This document shows, one piece after another, positions 37,339 through 46,757 of a stretch of DNA of 64,000 nucleotides; within the stretch, counting starts at the first letter, position 1; each line of letters starts with the position of its first letter. This stretch comes from Streptosporangiaceae bacterium (GTDB lineage Bacteria; Actinomycetota; Actinomycetes; Streptosporangiales; Streptosporangiaceae), in contig JAWWPY010000024.1 in the NCBI GenBank assembly GCA_033854735.1, positions 9,042 through 73,041 of the forward strand, given 5' to 3'. The position numbers were made by a program, and so were the translations under genes. The notes beneath the pieces are model-generated. The model was not told the origin of the DNA and ran no database searches. It saw only the letters and a program-made list of their open reading frames with translations.

Positions 37339-39147
37339 GTGTCCTCATCGTGTTCCCGCCTGCTGCCGGCCGCGCTGCTGGCCGGGACCGCGCTGACGCT
37401 CGCCGCCTGCAGTGCGCCGATGGCGCCGGGCGCCTCGCCCGACCGGGGCGGACCCTGTGCGCGGCATGGCTCCGCGATCGCCACGAAGTGCGGCTCCGCG
37501 TCATCGTCAGCGACCGGGGTACCGCAGTTCAGGCACATCGTGATCGCGGCCTTCGACGGCAAGTCCTACAGCCAGGTGATCGGTAACTCGTCGGCCCCCT
37601 TCTTCAGCAGCCTGGCCACCGGGGGTGCGGACTTCACCCAGTCCTTCGCGGAGGCCAGCCCGGGCCAGCCGAACTACCTCGCGCTGTTCTCCGGCAGCAC
37701 TCAGGGCGTCACCACCGACTCCTGCCCGCACACGTTCACCGGCCCGAACCTGGGCGCTGACCTCATCGCGGCCGGGCACACCTTCACCGGGTATGCGGAA
37801 GGTCTGCCAGCGGCCGGATCCGCGGTGTGCACCAGCGGGAACTACGCCCGCCAGCATGCCCCCTGGACCGACTTCCCGTCGGTGCCGGCCTCGGCCAGCC
37901 AGCCGTTCACCGCGTTCCCCTCGAGCAGCGGTTTCACCGCGCTGCCGGCGGTGTCCCTGGTCATCCCGAACGTCTGCCACAGCATGACAACCTGCTCGGT
38001 TGGCTCAGGCAACGGATGGCTGCAGAACCGCCTGGGTGCCTACGCGAACTGGGCGGCCGGCCATGACAGCCTGCTCATTGTGACCTTCGGCGGGAACGAC
38101 GGCAGCGCGGGCAACCAGATTCCGACCATCGTCTACGGCGCCGACGTGCGGCCGGGGAAGTACAGCGAGCACGTCAACCACTACAACCTGCTGCGCACCA
38201 TCGAGGAGGCCTACGGGCTGCCGTTCGACGGCGCGGCGGCCAGTACGGCGCCGATCACCGACATCTGGACCGGAGCCTCGTCCTCGCCGAGCCCATCGAT
38301 CTCCCCGTCCAGCTCGGTCTCGCCGTCCAGCTCGGTCTCGCCGTCCAGCTCGGTCTCGCCGTCCGCGTCCGGCGCCATGCCCACGTTCAAGCACATTGTG
38401 CTCGTGATCTTCGAGAACCGCGGCTACGGCGAGGTGATCGGCAACTCGTCGGCGCCCTACATCAACCAGTTGGCCGTCAGCGGTGCGAACTTCACCGACT
38501 TCGTGGCGGTAACCCACCCGAGCCAGCCGAACTACCTCGCGCTGTTCTCCGGCAGCAGCCAGGGAACGACCGATGACAGCTGCCCGCACACGTTCACCAC
38601 CCCGAACCTGGCCCAGGGCCTGATCGCGGCGGGCAAGACCTTCACGGGCTACGTCGATGCCCTGCCCGCCGCCGGGGCCACGGTCTGCACCAGCGGGAAC
38701 TACGCCCGCAAGCATGTCCCGTGGGTCAACTTCAGCAACGTGCCCACCTCGGTCACCAGGTCGTTCACCAGCTTCCCGCAGACCGCTTCGGCCAGCTTCA
38801 GCGCCCTCCCGGACGTCTCCTTCGTGGTCCCGGACCTGTGCAATGACATGCACAACTGCTCGGTCGCCGTGGGGGACACCTGGCTGAGCGCCCACATGAG
38901 CGCGTACGCCACCTGGGCCAAGGCCAATGACAGCCTGCTGATCGTGACGTTCGACGAGAACGACGGGGTGGCGGGCAACATCGTCCCGACCGTCTTCGTC
39001 GGTGCCCATGTGAGGCCCGGGAACTACAGCGAGCACGTCACCCACTACAGCACGCTGCGCGCCATCGAGGCCGAGTACGGCCTGCCCTACGACGGCGCCG
39101 CCGCCAGCGCCGCGGCCATCACCGGGGTCTGGACCAGCGGAAGCTGA
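37339..39147 (+). CDS. secreted lipoprotein with two tandem phosphoesterase-family domains joined by a Ser/Pro linker
   Basis: GTG start and lipobox LTLAACS. Domain 2 keeps IFENRGY, THPSQPNY, CNDMHN and FDENDG. Domain 1 has AAFDGKSY, ASPGQPNY, CHSMTT and FGGNDG. The linker PSSSVS x3 is encoded by a perfect 18-bp x3 repeat (38305-38358). Confidence 0.75.
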   Translation: MSSSCSRLLPAALLAGTALTLAACSAPMAPGASPDRGGPCARHGSAIATKCGSASSSATGVPQFRHIVIAAFDGKSYSQVIGNSSAPFFSSLATGGADFTQSFAEASPGQPNYLALFSGSTQGVTTDSCPHTFTGPNLGADLIAAGHTFTGYAEGLPAAGSAVCTSGNYARQHAPWTDFPSVPASASQPFTAFPSSSGFTALPAVSLVIPNVCHSMTTCSVGSGNGWLQNRLGAYANWAAGHDSLLIVTFGGNDGSAGNQIPTIVYGADVRPGKYSEHVNHYNLLRTIEEAYGLPFDGAAASTAPITDIWTGASSSPSPSISPSSSVSPSSSVSPSSSVSPSASGAMPTFKHIVLVIFENRGYGEVIGNSSAPYINQLAVSGANFTDFVAVTHPSQPNYLALFSGSSQGTTDDSCPHTFTTPNLAQGLIAAGKTFTGYVDALPAAGATVCTSGNYARKHVPWVNFSNVPTSVTRSFTSFPQTASASFSALPDVSFVVPDLCNDMHNCSVAVGDTWLSAHMSAYATWAKANDSLLIVTFDENDGVAGNIVPTVFVGAHVRPGNYSEHVTHYSTLRAIEAEYGLPYDGAAASAAAITGVWTSGS

Positions 39148-39182
39148 GCCCGGCTCGCCGGAGCGCCGGGGAGGCCCGGATC

Positions 39183-40961
39183 ATGGGGGAGGTGGATATA
39201 CGACGGCACTCGCCAGCCGCTGACCTCATCTTCAGTGGAGGGCCGGTCTACACGGCCGGCGCGGCCAGGCGGAGCATGGCTGCGGCGGCGCGGGACACCC
39301 CCGGTGACGGCCCGCCGGCCGACGCGGTGGCGGTGCGTGGCGGCAGGATCGTGGCGGTCGGCGGGGCGCGCGAGATCCAGGATCTGGCCGGCCCCCGAAC
39401 CGAGATGGTGGACCTACGAGGCCGGGCGCTGCTGCCCGGGTTTCAGGATGCGCACGTGCACCCGGCGTTCGCCGGGGTGACCATGCTCCGCTGCGACCTC
39501 ACCGATGCCGCCAGCCTCGATGACGCGCTCGCGCTGATCGCCGGCTACGCCCGCGCGCACCCGGACCGGGAGTGGATCTCGGGCAGCGGCTGGCGGATGG
39601 AGTGGTTCGCCGGCGGAACGCCGCCTTATGACCTGCTTGACACCGCGGCCGGCGGCCGGGCTGTCTACCTCACCAACCGGGACGGCCACGGCGCCTGGGT
39701 CAGCTCCCGCGCCCTCGTCCTGGCTGGCCTGGATGCCGCTAGCCCGGATCCGGCGGACGGCCGCATCGAGCGCACCCCTGACGGCCGGCCGCAGGGCACG
39801 CTGCATGAGGGCGCCGCCACCCTGGTGGGCCGGCTGGTGCCAGCCCCCACCCTCGATGAGCGGCTGGCCGGGCTGCTGCTGGCCCAGCGGCACCTGCACT
39901 CACTCGGCATCACGGCCTGGCAGGACGCGATCATCGGCGACTACCTGGGGCACGCCGACCCGCTGCCGGTCTACCTGGCCGCGGCGGCGGCCGGGCAGCT
40001 CACCGCGCGGGTGGAAGGCGCGCTCTGGTGGGACCGGGGGCGCGGCGGTGACCAGCTCGCGGACCTGCTCGGCCGCCGGGAACGGGTCCGCCGTGAGCTG
40101 GATGGGCCAGGGCAGGCGGGCAGGTTCCGCGCGAACACCGTGAAGATCATGCAGGACGGGGTGGCCGAGAACTTCACCGCCGGCATGATCGACGACTACC
40201 TGGACGGGTGCGGCGGCCAGACCGGCAACCGCGGCCTGTCCTACGTGGACCCGCGGGAACTGCGCGAGCACGTCAGCCGCCTCGACGCGGCCGGGTTCGG
40301 CGTGCACTTCCACGCGATCGGTGACCGGGCCGTGCGGGAGGCGCTGGACGCGGTAGCCGCCGCGCGGGCCGCGAACGGCCCGACCGCGGGCCGGCATCAC
40401 ATCGCGCACCTGCAGGTGGTGCACGGTGCCGACATTCCGCGCTTCCGCGAACTGGGCGTGACCGCGAACATCCAGGCCCTCTGGGCCGCGCACGAGCCGC
40501 AGATGGACGAGCTGACCATCCCGTTCCTCGGCCCGCAGCGGGCCCAGCGCCAGTACCCGTTCGGTGACCTGCTGCGCTCGGGAGCGCGGCTGGCCGCGGG
40601 TAGCGACTGGGCGGTGACCAGCGCCAACCCGCTCTGGGGGATCCATACCGCGGTCACCAGGACATTGCCCCCAGCCGCAGCCGGGCCGGGGACTGAGCCT
40701 CCCGGCGACGGCGAGCCGGGAGCGGAGCCGTTGCTGCCCGGCCAGGCGCTCAGCCTGGGCGCGGCGCTGGCCGCCTACACCGCGGGGTCGGCGTACGTGA
40801 ACAACCTGGATCAGGCCGGCGCTGTCGAGCCGGGCCGGCTCGCGGACCTCGTCGTGCTCGACCGGGACCCGTTCGCCGGGCCGGCCAAGGAGATTGGTTT
40901 CACCGCGGTCCTGCTCAGCTACGTCGAAGGCGAGCGCGTCTACGCCGCGCCGACCACGTAG
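39183..40961 (+). CDS. amidohydrolase family protein (Amidohydro_3 / YtcJ-like)
   Basis: ADLIFSGGPVYTAG...VAVRGGRIVAVGG...LLPGFQDAHVHP, and HFHAIGDRAV. Confidence 0.85.
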   Translation: MGEVDIRRHSPAADLIFSGGPVYTAGAARRSMAAAARDTPGDGPPADAVAVRGGRIVAVGGAREIQDLAGPRTEMVDLRGRALLPGFQDAHVHPAFAGVTMLRCDLTDAASLDDALALIAGYARAHPDREWISGSGWRMEWFAGGTPPYDLLDTAAGGRAVYLTNRDGHGAWVSSRALVLAGLDAASPDPADGRIERTPDGRPQGTLHEGAATLVGRLVPAPTLDERLAGLLLAQRHLHSLGITAWQDAIIGDYLGHADPLPVYLAAAAAGQLTARVEGALWWDRGRGGDQLADLLGRRERVRRELDGPGQAGRFRANTVKIMQDGVAENFTAGMIDDYLDGCGGQTGNRGLSYVDPRELREHVSRLDAAGFGVHFHAIGDRAVREALDAVAAARAANGPTAGRHHIAHLQVVHGADIPRFRELGVTANIQALWAAHEPQMDELTIPFLGPQRAQRQYPFGDLLRSGARLAAGSDWAVTSANPLWGIHTAVTRTLPPAAAGPGTEPPGDGEPGAEPLLPGQALSLGAALAAYTAGSAYVNNLDQAGAVEPGRLADLVVLDRDPFAGPAKEIGFTAVLLSYVEGERVYAAPTT

Positions 40962-40989
40962 CCGACCGGCGCGGCGTAATCTTGTAATT

Positions 40990-42033
40990 ATGGAGCAGAC
41001 CACACCGGATCAGGCACCACTGGGCGGCACACCACTGGGCCGGGTCCCGCTGGGCCGCGGTGGGCCGCTGGTGTCCAGGGCCGGGCTCGGCCTGATGGGC
41101 ATGTCCGGGATCTACGGCGAGGCGGACGACGCGGAGAGCATCGCCACCATCCGCGCGGCCCTGGACGCGGGGATCACCCTGCTGGACACGGGCGACTTCT
41201 ACGGCATGGGCCATAACGAACTGCTGCTGCGCGACGCACTGCGCGGCGTGCCCCGCGACAGCGTGTTCATCCAGGTCAAATTCGGCGCCCAGCGGGACCC
41301 GCAGGGTGCTTTCGTCGGGTTCGACGCCAGCCCGGCGGCGGTGAAGAACTTCCTGTCCTACTCGCTGCGGCGGCTCGGCACCGACTACATCGACCTCTAC
41401 CAGCCAGCCCGGCTGGATCCGCAGGTGCCGATCGAGGACACCGTCGGCGCGGTCGCGGAGATGATCGGCGCAGGGTTTGTTCGTTGTGTCGGATTGTCTG
41501 AGGTGGGGGCGGAGACGATCCGCCGCGCGCATGCGGTCCACCCGATCAGCGCGCTGCAAATCGAGTACTCGCTGATGAGCCGGGGCATCGAAGCCGAGAT
41601 CCTGCCGGTGGTGCGTGAGCTGGGCATCGGCGTGACGGCTTACGGCATCCTGTCCCGTGGCCTGCTGAGTCCCGAGACGGCCCGGCTGGCGCCGGGTGAC
41701 CCGAGGGCCCGGTTCCCCCGGTTCCACGACGGGAACCTGGAGCGCAACCTCGGCCTGCTCGGCGCGCTGGAGAAGCTGGCGCGGGAGCGGGGGGTCACCA
41801 CCGCGCAGCTCGCCATCGCCTGGGTCGCCGCCCAGGGCAGCGACATCGTCCCGTTGATCGGCACCAAGCGGCGGACCCGGCTGGCCGAGGCGCTCGCGGC
41901 CTTCGACCTGGACCTCACCCCGGCTGAGCTAGCGGCCATCGAGGCCGCCGTCCCCGCGGACGGCGTCGCCGGCGATCGCTACGACTCGCATTCCATGGCA
42001 ACCCTGGACAGCGAGCGCCCGGCCCGTCCATGA
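40990..42033 (+). CDS. aldo/keto reductase
   Basis: Start ATG 40990 (MEQTTPDQ). GLGLMGMSGIYGEADDAESIATIRAALDAGITLLDTGDFYGMGHNELL. Confidence 0.85.
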   Translation: MEQTTPDQAPLGGTPLGRVPLGRGGPLVSRAGLGLMGMSGIYGEADDAESIATIRAALDAGITLLDTGDFYGMGHNELLLRDALRGVPRDSVFIQVKFGAQRDPQGAFVGFDASPAAVKNFLSYSLRRLGTDYIDLYQPARLDPQVPIEDTVGAVAEMIGAGFVRCVGLSEVGAETIRRAHAVHPISALQIEYSLMSRGIEAEILPVVRELGIGVTAYGILSRGLLSPETARLAPGDPRARFPRFHDGNLERNLGLLGALEKLARERGVTTAQLAIAWVAAQGSDIVPLIGTKRRTRLAEALAAFDLDLTPAELAAIEAAVPADGVAGDRYDSHSMATLDSERPARP

Positions 42034-42040
42034 CCTGGAA

Positions 42041-42202
42041 CTCTGCTGACCCGGCGGACCCCCGGGCATAACCCCCCCATGATCACGCTCTGCTGACCCG
42101 GGGGGCCACCCCCGGACCCCCGGGCATAACGCCCCAATGATCACGCTCTGCTGACCCGGGGGACCACGCCCGGACTCCCGGGCATAACCTCCCATGATCA
42201 CG
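42041..42202. repeat. three tandem units (47, 58, 57 bp), each CTCTGCTGACCCGG...CCCGGGCATAAC...ATGATCACG
   Basis: Units at 42041-42087, 42088-42145 and 42146-42202. Each long unit contains an internal CCGGGGG/CCCCCGG-type hairpin. The array starts 8 nt after the AKR stop. Confidence 0.9.
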
Positions 42203-42249
42203 GAGTGTTTCTGGGTCTATGTGTCCGGAATACTCCGTGATCATGGGAG
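42189..42249. terminator. 18-bp perfect inverted repeat CTCCCATGATCACGGAGT-n25-ACTCCGTGATCATGGGAG
   Basis: Arms at 42189-42206 and 42232-42249. The right arm ends 1 nt before the acetamidase stop (42251). The left arm is the end of repeat unit 3. Confidence 0.6.
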
Positions 42250-42250
42250 G

Positions 42251-43267
42251 TCAGCCGCCTCGGTAGGAGGCCGCTAGGGCGCGGAGGCTCGTGTGGGCGC
42301 TGTCCATGGCGCCGGTGGCAGGCAGGTAGCGCTTGGGCATCTTGGCCACGCTCGTGTAGTTCGGGTCGCAGACGTTCGCCAGCGGCGATTCGATGGCCTG
42401 GGTGACGAGCTGGTAGGCGTCCAGCACATCGAGCCCGTAGTCCGCGGCGATCCACTGCACCATGTCGTGCTGCGCGATGCGGAAGGCGTCCTCCAGGGGG
42501 CGGGCCGAGCCGGCCGACATGATGTGCGTGTCCGACTCCAGCCGGGGCCACGCGCACGGCCTGCCCTTGATCAGGTCCACCGCGAGGACGGTGTTCATCG
42601 CTGTCTCCACGGCGACGCCGCAGGTCTCGCCCTCGCCCTGGCGGGCATGGCCGTCGCCCAGCGAGAAGAGCGCGCCCTCGACATTGATCCCCAGGTAGCA
42701 GGTGACCCCGGCGCGCATCTCCGGCGTGTCCATGTTGCCGCCGAACGCGTCGGGCACCAGGGCGCTGCGCACCTCCAGATTGGCGGGCGCGACACCCACC
42801 GTGCCGTGCATCGGGTTCAGCGGCAGGTCCACGGTGAAATCGCCCCGGCGTGCGGTGAACCGGCAGGTGCCCTGCGCCCGGTCAAATTGCCAGAGCCACA
42901 CGATCTCCGGCAGCGGGTCATGCAGCAGCGCCGTGGCGTGGGTGGCGCTCAGAGCGCCGAACAGCGGGACTGTCGTGGACGCGCCCCAGTCCCTGGCCGG
43001 CTCGATGGAGACGAAATGGACGGCCAGGGTGTCACCCGGCTCCGCGCCTTCGATGTAGAACGGGCCGGTCTGCGGATTGAGGTAGGGAAACTCGCAGACC
43101 TCCGAGACCAGGTCGGTCTCGCTGCGCACCCGGCCGGCGAAACAGTCCTCGGTGAACACCTCCAGCACCGCCGGAGTCCGGATCCGGGCCACCGGGGGAG
43201 CCCCGCCGAACGTCCAGGCGTACTGGCTGGGCGTCGGCCGGAAGTTGATGATCTCCGGCGCGCTCAT
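42251..43267 (-). CDS. acetamidase/formamidase family protein
   Basis: 338 aa. MSAPEIINFRPTPSQYAWTFGGAPPVARIRTPAVLEVFTEDCF is a FmdA_AmdA-type N-terminus. Overlaps the permease stop by 4 nt. Confidence 0.8.
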   Translation of the reverse strand: MSAPEIINFRPTPSQYAWTFGGAPPVARIRTPAVLEVFTEDCFAGRVRSETDLVSEVCEFPYLNPQTGPFYIEGAEPGDTLAVHFVSIEPARDWGASTTVPLFGALSATHATALLHDPLPEIVWLWQFDRAQGTCRFTARRGDFTVDLPLNPMHGTVGVAPANLEVRSALVPDAFGGNMDTPEMRAGVTCYLGINVEGALFSLGDGHARQGEGETCGVAVETAMNTVLAVDLIKGRPCAWPRLESDTHIMSAGSARPLEDAFRIAQHDMVQWIAADYGLDVLDAYQLVTQAIESPLANVCDPNYTSVAKMPKRYLPATGAMDSAHTSLRALAASYRGG

Positions 43268-44739
43268 GTTTCGTACTCCTCCAGTGGGTCCAGGTGCACG
43301 AGCCCGACCTCGACGACTCGCCGTGGATCCGTCTGGTACAGGTAGATCAGGTAGATGACGCCCAGGATCATGAACCCGGCCACGCCCGGACCCATGTAGG
43401 AGTACGGGGGCGCCAGCGGGGCCACGAACGAGAACGCCTTGATGCCGGCGGCGGTAAGCCAGGCCGGGATGAAGGTGACGATGCCCAGCACCGGGATGAT
43501 CAGGTGCAGTACCGGGTTGAACCGGCCGCGCTGCCGGGCGAAGTAGCCGATGCAGGCCGCGTTCATCAGGATGTAGATCGCGGCGAGGACGATGACGAGG
43601 GCCGTGGCGACCATGACGAAGGCGGTGACCGGGTCGTAGCCGAGGCCCAGGCCGAGGGTCACGGCGACCGTCACGAGGAACCCGACGCCGATGGCCACGG
43701 CCGGGGAGCGGTGTTTCGGGTGCACTTGCGCCAGGAAGCGCGGGAACGCGCCGATCCGGCCCATCGCGTAGGCGGTGCGGCTGGAGACGTTCACGCCGGC
43801 GTTCGCGTTGGCGATGGTGGAGTTGACGATGGCCAGGAACACGAAGAACCAGAAGAGCCCGTAGAGCGAGCGGGCCAGGCCTTCCCAGGACGCTGCCCCC
43901 GTGCCGGTGGTGAAACTGCCGAACCTGGATGGCCCGTACGCCACGTCAACGGCGTAGGTGGTGAACACGTAGAGCGCGCCGATGAGCAGGGTGGCCAGCA
44001 TCACGGCCCGCGGGATGGTGCGCTTGGGGTTCTTGGTCTCCTCGGCGAGCGGCGCGGCCCCCTCGAACCCGCCGAAGGCGAGGATCGTGTACACCGATCC
44101 GCCGATCACTCCTGAGATGCCGCGGAATCCGCTCGGCGTGTACTTGGTGCTGAAGACGCTGAGGGTGTTGTGGCTTCCCGCATGCACCAGCAGGAAGATC
44201 GCGAGCACCAGGAAGACCCCGATTTCGAACAGGCCCAGGACGGTCCCCAGCCGCGCCGAGGTGCGGACACCGTAAAAGCCGGCCGCGAGCACGATAAGGG
44301 CGCCGAGGAGCGCCCACGGCCACCACAGGCTCGCCGGGTAGCCATGGAACTCGGCGTTGAGGGTGGCGGCGGTGGTGAAGCCGAGCTGCAGCAGCACCAG
44401 CGGCGGGATGAGGAACCCGACCAGCACGTATCCCCAGGCCACCAGGAAGCCGACGGACGGGTGCAGGCCACGGGCGGCGTAGGTCGCCAGCGACCCCGCG
44501 GCCGGCATCTCCCGGGCCAGCAAGCCGATGCTGGACGCGCAGAAGAGGCACGCGATCAAGGCGAAGATCACGGCCAGCGGCAGGGATCCGCCGGCGAACG
44601 CGACGCCGGCCGGGATCGACGCGGCGATGGCGGCGCCCGGCGCCATATCGGTGATGCTCTGGAAGAGGACCTCGCGCAGCCCGATCGCGTTACGGCGAAG
44701 TCCTGGCGCCGCTCCCGCGGCCGTTGTTTTTGCCGCCAT
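43264..44739 (-). CDS. APC-family amino acid/amide permease
   Basis: 491 aa with about 12 TM segments. FGGFEGAAPLAEETKNPKRTIPRA is a typical APC signature. Confidence 0.85.
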   Translation of the reverse strand: MAAKTTAAGAAPGLRRNAIGLREVLFQSITDMAPGAAIAASIPAGVAFAGGSLPLAVIFALIACLFCASSIGLLAREMPAAGSLATYAARGLHPSVGFLVAWGYVLVGFLIPPLVLLQLGFTTAATLNAEFHGYPASLWWPWALLGALIVLAAGFYGVRTSARLGTVLGLFEIGVFLVLAIFLLVHAGSHNTLSVFSTKYTPSGFRGISGVIGGSVYTILAFGGFEGAAPLAEETKNPKRTIPRAVMLATLLIGALYVFTTYAVDVAYGPSRFGSFTTGTGAASWEGLARSLYGLFWFFVFLAIVNSTIANANAGVNVSSRTAYAMGRIGAFPRFLAQVHPKHRSPAVAIGVGFLVTVAVTLGLGLGYDPVTAFVMVATALVIVLAAIYILMNAACIGYFARQRGRFNPVLHLIIPVLGIVTFIPAWLTAAGIKAFSFVAPLAPPYSYMGPGVAGFMILGVIYLIYLYQTDPRRVVEVGLVHLDPLEEYET

Positions 44740-44851
44740 GGCCGCCTCCGCTGTCTGGGCATCGCTTCTGCCGGGATGGTCTCACGGCCGGCATCGGCCA
44801 TGGCAGGCCCAAGATTCCAGCGCGGCAGCGGGCGGCGGAAGCGGGCGCGGA

Positions 44852-45487
44852 TCAGCCTGGGTTCCGGTGACCGTTCTGGCTGAACTCATTGGGGTCACGC
44901 TGGCGGGGCAGCGAGACCTGGCCGGTCACGTCGCCGGCCAGCCGGACGCGGTCCCCGTCAGCCAGGCGCGCCTCTGTTCCCGGCAGCACCCGGTCGCCGT
45001 TGACGAAGGTTCCGTTGGTCGACCGCTCATCCCGGATCGTCGCGTTGCCTGAGTCACTGACGGTAACAGTCGCGTGACGCCGTGACACATTGTCGTAGTC
45101 CGCGAAGGCCGCCGCGACGAGGGACTCTTCCGGGTCCCGGCCGAGCACGAGCGAGGTTCCGGCCGGGATCTCGACATTGCCGGTCGGGAACGACAGCCGG
45201 AGCACGACCGGCGAGATGACCCCCGACGGCGGCTGCGGCAAAGGCTGCCCGCACACCAGGCAGAACAGCGACGAAGGCTCGCGCAGCACCGATCCGCAGT
45301 GCGGGCATGCCGAGAGGCGCGGCACCGGTGCCGCACCGTCGCGCCGCAGGTACTCCTGCATGACCGTCGGCGGGGTGTCCGGCTCGTTCACCGGGCGATC
45401 CCTGGGCAGGTTCGCACCGCAGGTGAAGCAGATCAGATCATCCTGCTGGACCGCAGCGGTACAGGCAGGGCAGGTCAGCGTCGCCAT
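44852..45487 (-). CDS. double zinc-ribbon + FHA domain protein
   Basis: CPACTAAVQQDDLICFTCG and CPHCGSVLREPSSLFCLVCG (2x CxxC...CxxC). The FHA core is LVLGRDPEE...VSRRHATVTV...STNGTFVNG. Confidence 0.85.
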   Translation of the reverse strand: MATLTCPACTAAVQQDDLICFTCGANLPRDRPVNEPDTPPTVMQEYLRRDGAAPVPRLSACPHCGSVLREPSSLFCLVCGQPLPQPPSGVISPVVLRLSFPTGNVEIPAGTSLVLGRDPEESLVAAAFADYDNVSRRHATVTVSDSGNATIRDERSTNGTFVNGDRVLPGTEARLADGDRVRLAGDVTGQVSLPRQRDPNEFSQNGHRNPG

Positions 45488-45582
45488 GTCGTCCTCCGGG
45501 ACGGCGGCAGGGAATGTTCACTGAGCCTAACGCGCGCGCCGCGCCCTGGGTGCCCAAGGCGGCGGGCCAGTAGCATCGAAAG

Positions 45583-46749
45583 GTGGTCAGTTACCAGCTC
45601 AGCGAGGAGCAGGAAGCCCTCCGTCAGACGGTCGGCGATTTCGCCCGCGCGGTAGTGGCCCCCGTGATCAGCGGTTACTACGAGCGGGCTGAGTTCCCCT
45701 ACGACATCGTCGCCCGGATGGCGGACCTCGGCCTGTTCGGGCTTCCGTTCCCTGAGGAGTTCGGCGGGATGGGTGGGGATCACTTCGCGCTGTGCGTGGC
45801 CCTGGAGGAACTGGCCAGGGTTGATTCCTCGGTGGCCATCACCCTGGAGGCGGCGGTCGCCCTGGGCGCCATGCCGATCTACCGGTTCGGCTCGGCCGAG
45901 CAGCGCGGCCGCTGGCTGCCCGATCTGTGCGCCGGGAACCGGCTGGCGGCGTTCGGGCTGACTGAACCAGGCGGAGGGTCCGATATTCCCGGCGGGATGC
46001 GGACGACCGCGCGACTGGTGGACGGGGACTGGGTGATCGACGGCAGCAAGTCCCTCATTACCAACGCCGGCACATCGATCACGTCTGTCGTTACTGTCCT
46101 CGCGATCACTGACCGCAGGCCGGACGGGCGCCCGGAGATCTCCTCCATCGTCGTCCCGGCCGGAACCGCCGGGTTCACCGTCGGGCAGGATTACTCCAAG
46201 GTCGGCTGGTGTGCCTCGGACACCAGGGAACTGGCCTTCGCGTCCTGCCAGGTACCCGCGGATCATCTGCTGGGTGAGCGCGGCCGCGGGTACGCCCAGT
46301 TCCTGCAGATCCTGGACGAGGGCCGGATCGCCATTGCCGCGCTGGCCGTGGGGCTCGCCCAAGGCTGCGTGGACGAGTGCCTGCGGTATGTCGGCGAGCG
46401 GGCCGCATTCGGTCATCGGCTGGGGCATTACCAGGCCATCCAGTTCAAGCTGGCCGACATGGCGGCACGGGCGCAGGCCGCCAGGCTGGCGTGGTACGAC
46501 GCCGCCGCCCGGCTCGCGGCGGGGGACCCGGTCAAGAAGGCCGCCGCCATCGCCAAGCTGACGGCCTCGAACGCCGCCATGGACAATGCCAGGGAGGCCA
46601 CGCAGATCTTCGGTGGATACGGCTTCATGAACGAGTTCCCGGTGGGCCGCTTCTACCGCGACGCGAAGGTCCTGGAGATCGGCGAGGGCACCTCCGAGGT
46701 GCAGCGCATGATCATAGCCCGGGAGCTCGGCCTGGCTGAGGAGAGCTGA
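45583..46749 (+). CDS. acyl-CoA dehydrogenase (short/branched-chain type)
   Basis: YQLSEEQEALRQTVGDFARAVVAP...GLTEPGGGSD...IFGGYGFMNEFPVGRFYRDAKVLEIGEGTSEVQRMIIAREL. Confidence 0.9.
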   Translation: MVSYQLSEEQEALRQTVGDFARAVVAPVISGYYERAEFPYDIVARMADLGLFGLPFPEEFGGMGGDHFALCVALEELARVDSSVAITLEAAVALGAMPIYRFGSAEQRGRWLPDLCAGNRLAAFGLTEPGGGSDIPGGMRTTARLVDGDWVIDGSKSLITNAGTSITSVVTVLAITDRRPDGRPEISSIVVPAGTAGFTVGQDYSKVGWCASDTRELAFASCQVPADHLLGERGRGYAQFLQILDEGRIAIAALAVGLAQGCVDECLRYVGERAAFGHRLGHYQAIQFKLADMAARAQAARLAWYDAAARLAAGDPVKKAAAIAKLTASNAAMDNAREATQIFGGYGFMNEFPVGRFYRDAKVLEIGEGTSEVQRMIIARELGLAEES

Positions 46750-46757
46750 CCAGCCCG

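Noticed and set aside
37110-42249. Possibility that the tandem repeat arrays at 37110-37251 or 42041-42202 are CRISPR arrays
   Set aside because: The units are contiguous, with no unique spacers. There are only 2-4 copies, no cas genes, and the unit sizes and GC-rich CCCGGG cores do not resemble CRISPR repeats.
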